From an uncultured Actinomycetota bacterium (lineage in GTDB: Bacteria > Actinomycetota > Humimicrobiia > Humimicrobiales > Humimicrobiaceae), in the NCBI GenBank assembly GCA_964494385.1, contig CAZBSE010000006.1, forward strand, positions 1-63,204: a stretch of 63,204 nt of DNA. Reading direction: 5' to 3'. A program made the translations under genes and the position numbers. The notes beneath the pieces are model-generated. The model saw only the letters and a program-made list of their open reading frames with translations, ran no database searches and was not told where the DNA came from. Positions 29,016 through 38,910 of the stretch are shown piece after piece (within the stretch, counting starts at the first letter, position 1; every line of letters begins with the position of its first letter).

Positions 29016-31106
29016 TCATGCGGTATAAGTTTTATAATCGAGCCTGTTGTTTTTAATTAAAGCAGTAAAAGTTTTTACTAAATCGGGATCGAACTGCATT
29101 CCGGAGAACTTATCCAACTCACTTATGGCTTCTTCTTTGCTGAGAGCTTTTCTGTAGGGCCTGTCGCTAGTCATAGCGTCGTAGGCATCTATTATGGATA
29201 TGATTCTTGATATAATGGATATACCGACATTTTTTAAGCCCCTGGGGTAACCTTTGCCGTTCCACCATTCATGGTGGGTAAGGATTCCTTCTGCTATAGT
29301 AGAAAGCTCCGGAGTAGTTTTTGCAATGCGGTATCCTATTTCAGGATGTTTCTTCACTATTTTCCATTCTGTGACATTTAGTTTACCGGGCTTAAAAATT
29401 ATATTATCAGGTATAGAGATTTTACCAATATCATGAAGAGTGGCCAGAAGTTTTAAATCATCAAGTTCATTATCGGCAAGTTCAAGTTCCCTGCCAAGCA
29501 CCAATGAATATTTTTTCATACGTGCAACATGTTCTTCTGTCTCATAATCTCTTTCCAATAAAGCTCTTTCCAGAGATGATACAATTGATCCATGAATGCT
29601 CTTTTTTTCCAGCAGCTTATGCTTGTTCATATTACTATCCGCTTCTCTTATTATTTCATTTATATTCTGAGAGACAGTATTTTTAGTTGAGGATCCTATG
29701 GAAATACTGAAGTTTATCTTATGGCCATCATTTTTTTTACAGGCTTTTTTTAATCTTTTTATTATGTTTGAAGTGGATTCTATGGTAGTTGAAGGTAATA
29801 TTATCCCAAACGTATCTCCTCCGATTCTGGCTATGATATCTTCTTTTCTAAAACATTCATTTAATATTTTTGATAATCTAATCAGAGAATTGTCTCCATT
29901 CTTATACCCATAATTTTCATTTATTTTTCTGAGTCCGTCAATATCCAACAAAACAATGCTCAATGGAAGGCGTCTCTTTACGTTTAATCTTTTTAGCTCT
30001 TCTTCAAAAAATGCTCTATTAAAAAGCTGTGTGAGGCTGTCGTGAAATGATAAATACTTTATTTTATCTTCGTTCTTTTTTCTTATTGTGATGTCTCTTA
30101 ACACTACTACTTTTCCAATTTTTATTCTTCTCGGATTGGTTAAATTAGAAATATTAATATCAAAAAATTTATTTTTTATTTTATAAGATATGCCAGACTG
30201 CTTATCAATATTAAATTTTTCAATTAAACTGTCAAGATCAGGCATTAATTTTTTAAGCGGTTTCCCGTTAATTTTTATCAAAGGGAGATTCATAAGTTTT
30301 TTCATAAATCGATTTGAATCAAGAATATTGTCATTGGCGTCAAGTACAAGAACACCATCGCTGATACTGTCAAATACAATGCTGCGCGCTATGGGAACAA
30401 TTTCTGAGGTCTTGGATCTGGACAGTACCAATATTAATAAAGTCATACTTATAACAACAGCTATAGGTATTTTTTCAAAATGGGGGAATATATTAATTCT
30501 GGATATATCTGCCGCAATAACCAGCAAGATGACTATATGTATTGCCAGAAAAGTATAAAACTGCCACCTGTATGCATAGTATGACTTAATAAGCGTTCGA
30601 ATGATTAAAGAAGTTATAAATATTACCAATAAAAAGCTAAAAGCTATATCAAGCCAGTAAAGGGGTCCAATATTCTCGATCAAAACCGGTGCGATCCTAT
30701 AGGTGACCAGGGAATAATTTTTAAATATCAGATGGTGGTATTCATTGGTAAATACAAGAAGAAGCATAATGGAAGGTATAGCAGTGACAATAGCGATGTT
30801 CCTTTTTGAAAGCCATTTTTTGTAGCCAATAAAATAAATAAAAAAGATGAACCATGATACGATTACAATTTCACGTCCCAGATGCTGGATGTAGCTCATG
30901 TAAATTTTAGTTTGAAAGTTAACAAATCCCAGTTCTAAAATATTTCCCAGAACCCATATCAGGCAGCCTATCAGTATTAAGGATGATGAAATTTTCTGGG
31001 ATTTTTTTTTAAAAATGCCTAAAACATTTAATAAAAATAAAACTATTATATTAAATATAATAATTTCAATTAAAGTAATAACGTATATATTGTTGACCCA
31101 AAACAT
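29016..31106 (-). CDS. 7TM sensor-PAS-GGDEF-HD-GYP protein
   Basis: N-terminal multi-TM (HisKA_7TM-like), PAS, 'GGDTF' variant GGDEF, 'LHDIGK', 'HHEWWNGKGYP'. Confidence 0.88.
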   Translation of the reverse strand: MFWVNNIYVITLIEIIIFNIIVLFLLNVLGIFKKKSQKISSSLILIGCLIWVLGNILELGFVNFQTKIYMSYIQHLGREIVIVSWFIFFIYFIGYKKWLSKRNIAIVTAIPSIMLLLVFTNEYHHLIFKNYSLVTYRIAPVLIENIGPLYWLDIAFSFLLVIFITSLIIRTLIKSYYAYRWQFYTFLAIHIVILLVIAADISRINIFPHFEKIPIAVVISMTLLILVLSRSKTSEIVPIARSIVFDSISDGVLVLDANDNILDSNRFMKKLMNLPLIKINGKPLKKLMPDLDSLIEKFNIDKQSGISYKIKNKFFDINISNLTNPRRIKIGKVVVLRDITIRKKNEDKIKYLSFHDSLTQLFNRAFFEEELKRLNVKRRLPLSIVLLDIDGLRKINENYGYKNGDNSLIRLSKILNECFRKEDIIARIGGDTFGIILPSTTIESTSNIIKRLKKACKKNDGHKINFSISIGSSTKNTVSQNINEIIREADSNMNKHKLLEKKSIHGSIVSSLERALLERDYETEEHVARMKKYSLVLGRELELADNELDDLKLLATLHDIGKISIPDNIIFKPGKLNVTEWKIVKKHPEIGYRIAKTTPELSTIAEGILTHHEWWNGKGYPRGLKNVGISIISRIISIIDAYDAMTSDRPYRKALSKEEAISELDKFSGMQFDPDLVKTFTALIKNNRLDYKTYTA

Positions 31107-31321
31107 TATATTATAAAAAAATAATATATATAATAATAATATATTATAGTAATATTAAAATTAATAAATGTTATAATTATTTATTATAAATATTATTCTA
31201 TTTTATTATAAAGTTTTAAATAAATAAAGAAAAAATAAAAATTTTTTTAATTAATTTTGTTCATTAGATTAAGCTAATCCTGTATAATTTATTTTATTGA
31301 CAATATATAAATCATATATAA

Positions 31322-32833
31322 ATGAAAAATTATCAGAGGTTATTACTTTCTATAATTTCAGCATTATTATTATTTTTAAGTTTTAAGGACCTTGGATTTT
31401 TGGCGTGGGTGTCACTGGCACCTTTTTTAATTGTTATCTATAATTCAAATTTAAAACAAACATTACTTAATAGTTTTATATGCGGAATTTCTTTTTTTGC
31501 CAGTGTGACATACTGGATGACCGAACTTCCCGTAAAGTATGCCTGGCTATTGGTAGCAATCCTCCTGAGTCCTATATTTCTGTTATTTGGCATTGTATCG
31601 TATTTTATACTAAAGAAAATTCATCAGCCTTTTATCAGGATATTCTTAATTCCGGCAGTTTGGATATTAATGGAGTACCTGAGGTCGCAGACACTTCTGG
31701 CCTTTACCATAGGTATACTGGGCTATACGCAGCATAATTTTCTGCCGCTAATGCATGTTACCAGATTTACAGGTATTTATGGGATTTCTTTTATTGTGAT
31801 TTTATGCAACATGGTTATTTTTGAAACTGTCATATTTTCCATAAAAAATAAAAAAGTTATATTTAAGTATTTGACTGTGGGTCTATCAATTTTATTAATT
31901 TTTATAACTTACGGCATCATAAGTGTAAATAATAACTTAAACAGGGTGGTGAGGGGAAAAGGTTATAATGAAATAAGTGTAGCGGTTGTTCAGCCGGATA
32001 TATTGTTCGGGAAAAAATATTCTAAAAAGGGAACAGAGTTAATACCGGAGCCCTATAGTGAAAGCACCTATTTCAAACCCGGTACCGATCTGGTAATATT
32101 TCCCGAAAGTGCATTGTGGGGGTCAATTGATGAGAGTAAAACTTTTGAAGAATGGGCCCGGAATACTTTGGAAAATGAACCCTTATGCATATTGATAGGG
32201 CAGTATATGCATGATAAAGAATACAACCGGTATTATAATTCGGCATTACTTTATAATTCAAATATGGAAATTTTAGGAAGATATGATGAAATACACCCTG
32301 TTCCTTTCAGTCAGTATGTACCATATCGACGCATATTAGGATTACTTAAATTTGTTGATTTTTCAATAGTCAACCTTATACCCGGGAATGATTACATTTC
32401 TCTGAACTACCCGGGCAAGGGTAATCTGGGGGTGAATATCTGTTATGAATCAACGATCCCCTCAATTGCAAGAAAGACAAGAAACAATGGAGCTGAAGCA
32501 ATAATTGTAATTTCTGACGGTTCAAGTCTTAATGACAGCATAGCAACATGGCACCATTTAATCTTTTCAAAAGTAAGGGCAATTGAAAACGGATGTTATG
32601 TCGTTCAATGTGCCAATACGGGAATATCTTCAATAATATCTCCTGATGGAATGATTATGGCCAGAACGGATTTGCTGGAAAGGGAAGTTTTATATGGCAG
32701 TATTTATATGATTCCGGAAAAAACTTTTTATTCAAAATTTGGCAATTTGCTGTTTTTTATTTACATGGGATTAATTTCTTCTATTACTGTTATTCATTTA
32801 ATCTTGAGAAAGACTAAAGGGACCAGGAAATAA
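31322..32833 (+). CDS. lnt: Apolipoprotein N-acyltransferase
   Basis: TM N-terminus, 'VVQP', 'IFPESA', 'YYNSA', 'VPFSQYVP', 'NICYES', 'RAIENG', 'ANTGIS'. Confidence 0.88.
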   Translation: MKNYQRLLLSIISALLLFLSFKDLGFLAWVSLAPFLIVIYNSNLKQTLLNSFICGISFFASVTYWMTELPVKYAWLLVAILLSPIFLLFGIVSYFILKKIHQPFIRIFLIPAVWILMEYLRSQTLLAFTIGILGYTQHNFLPLMHVTRFTGIYGISFIVILCNMVIFETVIFSIKNKKVIFKYLTVGLSILLIFITYGIISVNNNLNRVVRGKGYNEISVAVVQPDILFGKKYSKKGTELIPEPYSESTYFKPGTDLVIFPESALWGSIDESKTFEEWARNTLENEPLCILIGQYMHDKEYNRYYNSALLYNSNMEILGRYDEIHPVPFSQYVPYRRILGLLKFVDFSIVNLIPGNDYISLNYPGKGNLGVNICYESTIPSIARKTRNNGAEAIIVISDGSSLNDSIATWHHLIFSKVRAIENGCYVVQCANTGISSIISPDGMIMARTDLLEREVLYGSIYMIPEKTFYSKFGNLLFFIYMGLISSITVIHLILRKTKGTRK

Positions 32834-32880
32834 CCGCCAGTCGATTCATCGCGTCTTAATAAAAAATATTATATTATTAT

Positions 32881-32914
32881 TTGCATAATACTCATTTATA
32901 ACGTATAATATGCA
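32881..32914 (+). promoter_or_regulatory. arg operon promoter with overlapping ARG-box-like sites
   Basis: TTGCAT-17 bp-TATAAT (32881-32909); TGCATaatACTCA and CGTATaatATGCA overlap -35 and -10; argR lies in the operon. Confidence 0.6.
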
Positions 32915-32938
32915 AAATAATTTTATGGAAGGTTTTTT

Positions 32939-34000
32939 ATGAAAGAAAAAATAAAAGCGGGTATCATAGGAGGCTCGGGATTTACGGGAATAGAGCTTAT
33001 AAAAATATTAGATGGACATAAATACGTTGAAATTGCTTTTGCAGCATCGAGAACTTATAAAAATTTAAAAGTAAGTAAAATATTTCCATCATATAAAGAT
33101 AAAGGGAACAAAAAGCTTTCCTTCATTGAAAAACCTACAACAGAAGATTTGGGAAAAATTGATGTCATGTTTTTATGTCTTCCGCCTTTAGAATCGATGG
33201 AATTCTTAAAAAATATTTCAGGGAGAAATAAATTCAGAATAATAGACCTGGGATCTGATTTCAGGTTAAAAAATCCGGAAGATTATAAATACTGGTACGG
33301 AACGGAACATATTTTAAAAAATAGACTTTCGGGATTCGTCTACGGTCTTACGGAAGTAAATAAAAAGAAAATAAAGGAAAGCAGTTATATCGCTAATCCC
33401 GGCTGTTATCCTGTCTCGGTTTTGCTTGGACTTGCACCTATTTTGAAAAACAATGTAAAAATAGAAGATATTTATATTGATTCAAAATCAGGAGTAAGCG
33501 GTGCCGGTAGAAAGTTAAATAAGGAATATCTTTTTAGTAATATTGATAATAATTTTTATGCTTATTCGACTACAGGACACAGGCATACCGGAGAGATTGA
33601 ACAGGAAATTGAAAATATGGCGAAAAAGAAAATAAAAGTAAGCTTTACCCCGCATCTTATGCCTATGGAAAGGGGGATATTTACATCTATTTACTGCAGG
33701 ATGGGCAAGCCGATGGAAGAGGATGCGGCAGGAGGTAAAATTTTTAAAATATTTGAAAATTTTTATAAGGAGATGCCGTTTGTAAGTTTTATAGGCAATA
33801 AGATTCCAAAGCTAAAGGATGTATTGGGGACCAATATGTGTATGATAGGTATAAGCCAGGATATCAGGACCCATACTTTGAAAATTTTTAGTGTCATAGA
33901 TAATCTCTTAAAAGGGGCGGCAGGGCAGGCGGTACAGAATATGAATATAATGTTGGGATTCGATGAAGAAGAGGGGCTGAAGTTTAACGGAATGTTTTAA
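32939..34000 (+). CDS. argC: N-acetyl-gamma-glutamyl-phosphate reductase
   Basis: 'GGSGFTG', 'ANPGCY', 'SGVSGAGR', 'DNLLKGAAGQAVQNMN'. Confidence 0.96.
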   Translation: MKEKIKAGIIGGSGFTGIELIKILDGHKYVEIAFAASRTYKNLKVSKIFPSYKDKGNKKLSFIEKPTTEDLGKIDVMFLCLPPLESMEFLKNISGRNKFRIIDLGSDFRLKNPEDYKYWYGTEHILKNRLSGFVYGLTEVNKKKIKESSYIANPGCYPVSVLLGLAPILKNNVKIEDIYIDSKSGVSGAGRKLNKEYLFSNIDNNFYAYSTTGHRHTGEIEQEIENMAKKKIKVSFTPHLMPMERGIFTSIYCRMGKPMEEDAAGGKIFKIFENFYKEMPFVSFIGNKIPKLKDVLGTNMCMIGISQDIRTHTLKIFSVIDNLLKGAAGQAVQNMNIMLGFDEEEGLKFNGMF

Positions 34001-34026
34001 GGTATAAAAAGGATTTTAATTAAAGT

Positions 34027-35265
34027 ATGGATAATAAAGAAAAAAATAATAATTTTGAAATCATAAGAGGCGGGACCATTACCAGCGTACCGGGATTTTA
34101 TGCTGCTGCATGTCACTGCGGCATAAAAAAATCAGGTAAACCGGATATATGTGTTATATATGCGCCTGATGGAAGTGTTTGCAGCGGAGTTTTTACTACA
34201 AATAAATTTATGGCGGCACCGGTGATAGTAGCCAAAAAACAGCTTAAAAAAACTGGAAATATTAAAGCTATTATAATAAACAGTGGAATTGCCAATGCCT
34301 GCACAGGTAGGAAGGGGTATATAAATGCGATGGAGACCGTTAAAACGGGAGCTGATTATCTGGGTATCAGCTGTAATAATGTAATTGTATCGTCGACGGG
34401 AGTGGTGGGAGAGCAGCTGCCGATGGAAAAGATTAAAAAGGGAATCAAGCAATGTGTGTCGGACCTGAGTCACAGCGGCGGTCACAGTGCAGCCGAAGCA
34501 ATCCTGACAACTGATCTTAAAATAAAAGAGATAGCAGTAAAAATTAAAACTGATGGCGGCAAAAATATTGTAGTTGCAGGAATGGCAAAAGGTTCGGGAA
34601 TGATAGAGCCGAACATGGCCACATTATTGTCATTTATAACCACAAATATAAAAATATCGAAAGAATTACTTGATGAAATATTAAAGAATGAAACAGCAGA
34701 AAGCTTTAACAGCATTACTATTGATGGATGTCAGAGCACCAATGATATGTTGCTGGTTATTTCTAATTCTGAGAGTGGAGTTGAAACAAACAATAAAAAT
34801 AGCAAATTTTATAATAATTTCAAGGATGCACTTGAATATGTATTAAAATATCTGGCAAGGCAAATAGTCCTTGATGGCGAAGGAGCCACAAAATTAATTG
34901 AAATTAATGTTATAAATGCAAAAAGTAAATCAGATGCCAGAAAGTTCGCTTTTGGAATTGCAAATTCGAATTTGTTTAAAACTGCCATTTTTGGAGAAGA
35001 TTTGAACTGGGGCAGAATAAATGCATCGCTGGGTTCGGTTAGCTGCAGTTTAAATCCTGAAAAAGTTGATATATATCTTTCCGATATCCTGATAGTAAAA
35101 GATGGTATAGGAGCCGGTTTCAATGGTAAAGTTACCGGAAAACTTATGAAGGAAAAGGAAATAAAATTCACCGTAGATTTAAATTGCGGAAAAGAAAAAT
35201 TTAAAGTATTAACAGCTGACCTATCTTTTGATTATATAAAAATTAATGCGCTTTACAGAACATAA
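34027..35265 (+). CDS. argJ: Ornithine acetyltransferase / N-acetylglutamate synthase
   Basis: 'NSGIANACTG', 'SSTGVVG', 'KGSGMIEPNMAT', 'STND', 'DGEGATK'. Confidence 0.96.
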   Translation: MDNKEKNNNFEIIRGGTITSVPGFYAAACHCGIKKSGKPDICVIYAPDGSVCSGVFTTNKFMAAPVIVAKKQLKKTGNIKAIIINSGIANACTGRKGYINAMETVKTGADYLGISCNNVIVSSTGVVGEQLPMEKIKKGIKQCVSDLSHSGGHSAAEAILTTDLKIKEIAVKIKTDGGKNIVVAGMAKGSGMIEPNMATLLSFITTNIKISKELLDEILKNETAESFNSITIDGCQSTNDMLLVISNSESGVETNNKNSKFYNNFKDALEYVLKYLARQIVLDGEGATKLIEINVINAKSKSDARKFAFGIANSNLFKTAIFGEDLNWGRINASLGSVSCSLNPEKVDIYLSDILIVKDGIGAGFNGKVTGKLMKEKEIKFTVDLNCGKEKFKVLTADLSFDYIKINALYRT

Positions 35266-35287
35266 TCTTTAAATTTATTAAATTATA

Positions 35288-36199
35288 ATGGGAAATAATA
35301 AGAAAATGGGAAAAGAAGAATTATATATGAATAAAGTAGAAGTGCTGATGGAGTCTTTGCCATATATAAAAGAATATTCAGGCCAAACAGTAGTAGTGAA
35401 GATTGGTGGAAGCATGATGGAGGATGAAGAGGCTATAAAAAACATTCTGAAAGATTTGATTCTGATGAAATATGTGGGAATAAAGGTAGTTCTTATACAT
35501 GGCGGAGGAAAACAGATTAATCAGCTTGCAGAAGAAAAAGGTATAAAACCGGAATTTGTGGACGGGCTGAGAGTTACGGATAAGCACTCGATTGAGATTG
35601 TAAAGATGGTACTTATAGGTGATATAAATGCAAAAATAGTGTCTTTGCTAAATAAACACGGTAATATGGCAATAGGTATTTCCGGTAATGACTCCGGTTT
35701 TATAAAATGCCATAAAAAAGAATATATTAAGAATGGGAAAGTAATAGATCTGGGATTTGTAGGAGATGTTGAAAGTATTAATAGCGAATTTTTAAATAAA
35801 ATCCTGAGCAGCAATTATATACCTGTAATCGCTACACTGGGAGTAGATGAGAAAGGTAACATATATAATATAAATGCAGATACCTGTGCAGCAGAGATTG
35901 CAATCTCGCTTAATGCAAAGAAGATGATACTGCTTACGGACGTAGATGGGATTATAGAAGAAAATAAAAATAGTAATAAATTAATATCAAAATTAACTGC
36001 AGCGAAGTGCATCGGGATGATTGAATCGGGTAAAATAAACTCCGGCATGATACCCAAGGTAAAAGCATGTATTGAAGCTTTAAAATCAGGGGCAGAAAGG
36101 GCTCATATATTGAACGGTACCAAAAAGCACTCGATACTTGTAGAAATATTTACCGACAAAGGAATTGGGACTATGATAACGGGAGAGGTGAAACAATGA
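35288..36199 (+). CDS. argB: Acetylglutamate kinase
   Basis: 'VVKIGG', 'HGGG', 'GLRVTD', 'NINAD', 'GMIPKV'. Confidence 0.96.
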   Translation: MGNNKKMGKEELYMNKVEVLMESLPYIKEYSGQTVVVKIGGSMMEDEEAIKNILKDLILMKYVGIKVVLIHGGGKQINQLAEEKGIKPEFVDGLRVTDKHSIEIVKMVLIGDINAKIVSLLNKHGNMAIGISGNDSGFIKCHKKEYIKNGKVIDLGFVGDVESINSEFLNKILSSNYIPVIATLGVDEKGNIYNINADTCAAEIAISLNAKKMILLTDVDGIIEENKNSNKLISKLTAAKCIGMIESGKINSGMIPKVKACIEALKSGAERAHILNGTKKHSILVEIFTDKGIGTMITGEVKQ

Positions 36200-37410
36200 A
36201 CGGGGATAAAAATATAAGTATATATAATAACGGAAATAAATATTTAATGCCCAGCTACAGCAGATTGCCGGTAGTATTTGATAAAGGGAAAATGCAGTAC
36301 CTATGGGACATTGAAGGCAATAAATATCTTGATTTCATAGCTGGCTACGGATGCCTTAATGTGGGGCATAGTAATAAACTAATTATAAGGGCAATAAAAG
36401 AGCAGGTAGGAAAGATCATACAGAGCTCAAATGTTTACTATAATGAGCCGCAGGTAAAACTGGCAAAAAAATTATGTGAAATTACTGAATTTGGAGAAAG
36501 AGTGTTTTTTACGAACAGCGGCACCGAATCAATAGAAGGAGCCATAAAACTTGCAAGGAAATATTCTTTGGACCATTATAATGATACAAGATATGAAATA
36601 ATTACTTTTAAAAGAGGCTTCCATGGGAGGACACTCGGAGCACTTTCTGCAACCGCACAACCGGAAAAGCAGAAGCTTTTCGGACCATTACTGCAGGGCT
36701 TTAGATATGCCGAATTTAATAATATTGATTCGGTTAATAATCTGGTGAATGAAAACACCTGTGCTATTATACTGGAACCCGTACAAGGGGAAGGCGGTGT
36801 ATATCCGGCTGAAAATAAATTTGTGGGAGACTTAAGAGATATTTGCAATGAAAAAAATATACTTTTAATTTTTGATGAGGTGCAAACCGGGTTTGGAAGA
36901 ACCGGAAGTATGTTTGCCTATAAGAATTATAACATTTATCCCGATATTCTGGTTATTGCCAAGAGTCTTGGAGGAGGAATGCCCATAGGGGCAATTATTT
37001 CAACCGAGAAGATTAGTTTTAGTTTAAGTCCTGGAACACATGGTTCGACATTCGGAGGGAATGCTGCAGCATGTGCAGCGGGACTGGCAGTTATTGATTA
37101 TATTACTGATAACAGACTGGCTGATAGATCCGGGAAGCTGGGTAGATATTTTATAAAAAAATTATTAAGTATAAAGAAGAAATACGGCATGGTAAAAGAA
37201 ATAAGAGGGATGGGTCTTATGATTGGAATGGAGTTCAAAAGACCAATAGCTGAAAAAATGGTTCAAAAGGCTCTGAGCGATAAAATAGTTATTAATAAGG
37301 TATCAAGTTATACTTTAAGGTTTTTACCTTCTCTGATTATAAAAAGGTCAAATATCGACAGTCTTGTGAAGTGGCTTGATATTAATATTAAGGAGTTAAA
37401 AGATGGATAA
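36196..37410 (+). CDS. argD: Acetylornithine aminotransferase
   Basis: 'NSGTESIEGA', 'FHGRT', 'EPVQGEGG', 'DEVQTG', 'AKSLGGG', 'HGSTFGGN'; arg operon context. Confidence 0.93.
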   Translation: MNGDKNISIYNNGNKYLMPSYSRLPVVFDKGKMQYLWDIEGNKYLDFIAGYGCLNVGHSNKLIIRAIKEQVGKIIQSSNVYYNEPQVKLAKKLCEITEFGERVFFTNSGTESIEGAIKLARKYSLDHYNDTRYEIITFKRGFHGRTLGALSATAQPEKQKLFGPLLQGFRYAEFNNIDSVNNLVNENTCAIILEPVQGEGGVYPAENKFVGDLRDICNEKNILLIFDEVQTGFGRTGSMFAYKNYNIYPDILVIAKSLGGGMPIGAIISTEKISFSLSPGTHGSTFGGNAAACAAGLAVIDYITDNRLADRSGKLGRYFIKKLLSIKKKYGMVKEIRGMGLMIGMEFKRPIAEKMVQKALSDKIVINKVSSYTLRFLPSLIIKRSNIDSLVKWLDINIKELKDG

Positions 37411-38323
37411 AAAAAATAAAAAAGATTTTTTAACTTTAAAAGATTATTCAAGAGAAGAAATTGAATACATATTAGATCTGTCAGGTAAGATAAAAAGAGA
37501 CAAAAATAAATATGATAAGGTGATGGAGGGCAAAAATATAGCAATGCTGTTTGATAAGCACTCAACAAGGACAAGGATATCATTTGAAGTAGGCATTAAT
37601 TTATTGGGTGGAAATTCAATATGTCTGGATTCCAAAAGTCTTCATTTAAACAGGGGAGAGACTTACAGGGACACTGCAATGATATTTTCCAGATATCTGG
37701 ATGGGGTGATCATAAGAACATTTAAACAGAAAACCGTCGAGGATTTTGCAAAATACGGAAATATACCGGTAATAAACGGACTTACAGATGTTTATCATCC
37801 CTGTCAGGTACTGGCCGATCTATTGACTATTAAGGAATCAGGGCTGCTTCATAAAAAATTAAAATTCACATATATAGGGGACAGCAATAATGTGACAAAC
37901 AGTTTAATTATAGGATTTTCAAAAATGGGTATCGCTATAACCATAGGGTGTCCCGAAAAATATATGCCGCCAAAGGAAATTCTTGAATACGCAGAAAGCC
38001 AAAAAGAAGGAGGCGGGCTTAATCTGGTATTTGATCCAGAAGAAGCGGTAAAGGATGCAGATATTATATATACGGATGCCTGGATAAGCATGGGCGATGA
38101 AACAAGTAATCATAAAATCATGGAGTTGGAAAGTTATCAGGTAAACTCTGATTTATTAAAATATGCAAAAGAAGCAGTAAAAGTAATGCATTGCCTGCCA
38201 GCTCATAGAGATCAGGAGATAACATCAGAAGTTCTTGACAGCGAAAATTCAATTGTATTTAAACAGGCAGAAAACCGCTTATATGCCCAGATGGGGTTAA
38301 TGACATATTTGTATAATATATAA
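37403..38323 (+). CDS. argF: Ornithine carbamoyltransferase
   Basis: 'STRTR', 'HPCQ', 'DAWISMG', 'HCLPAHR', 'QAENR'. Confidence 0.96.
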   Translation: MDKKNKKDFLTLKDYSREEIEYILDLSGKIKRDKNKYDKVMEGKNIAMLFDKHSTRTRISFEVGINLLGGNSICLDSKSLHLNRGETYRDTAMIFSRYLDGVIIRTFKQKTVEDFAKYGNIPVINGLTDVYHPCQVLADLLTIKESGLLHKKLKFTYIGDSNNVTNSLIIGFSKMGIAITIGCPEKYMPPKEILEYAESQKEGGGLNLVFDPEEAVKDADIIYTDAWISMGDETSNHKIMELESYQVNSDLLKYAKEAVKVMHCLPAHRDQEITSEVLDSENSIVFKQAENRLYAQMGLMTYLYNI

Positions 38324-38375
38324 AAATTTATTGGAAACGTCTTAAAGGAATAAATGTTAAAAGGGATATAATAAA

Positions 38376-38834
38376 ATGAAAAGAAATGAAAGACTAAGAG
38401 TAATAAAAGAAATAATAAACAATAATAAAATTTCTTCACAGGATGATTTATTAAAAGAACTAAAAAAAAGAGGGTATCGTGTTACACAATCAACGGTTTC
38501 CAGAGATATAAAACAACTTAGGCTTATAAAAACAAGAAATTATAAACAGGAGGAATATTATTCTATTGAAAACGGGGCTTTAAACGGTAAAACTATTGAC
38601 CCTAAAAAATTTATTTTAAAATTTACGGAAAATGTCATATCGGTCAAAAAATCAGGAAATATAATCGTAATCAGGACCTTTCCCGGCGAAGCACAGGGAA
38701 CGGCGGCAGTTATAGATGGGATGAATTTCGTGGAAATACTGGGGACTGTTGCGGGAGACGATACTATTATTTGTATTGCGGACAATGATAACAATGCGCA
38801 GAAGATAATGGAAGTGATGAAGAATCGATTATAG
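38376..38834 (+). CDS. argR: Arginine repressor
   Basis: 'VTQSTVSRDI', 'GTVAGDDT'. Confidence 0.96.
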   Translation: MKRNERLRVIKEIINNNKISSQDDLLKELKKRGYRVTQSTVSRDIKQLRLIKTRNYKQEEYYSIENGALNGKTIDPKKFILKFTENVISVKKSGNIIVIRTFPGEAQGTAAVIDGMNFVEILGTVAGDDTIICIADNDNNAQKIMEVMKNRL

Positions 38835-38910
38835 TTAAGAGTCCATATTAAATCATGTTTATAAATGTTTAAAATAAATTAGGAACAAAAAACAGATTAG
38901 GAGATTAAAA

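Noticed and set aside
31107-31321. Extremely AT-rich gap as an origin or repeat element
   Set aside because: No DnaA boxes (TTATCCACA) or regular repeats seen; consistent with a divergent promoter region.
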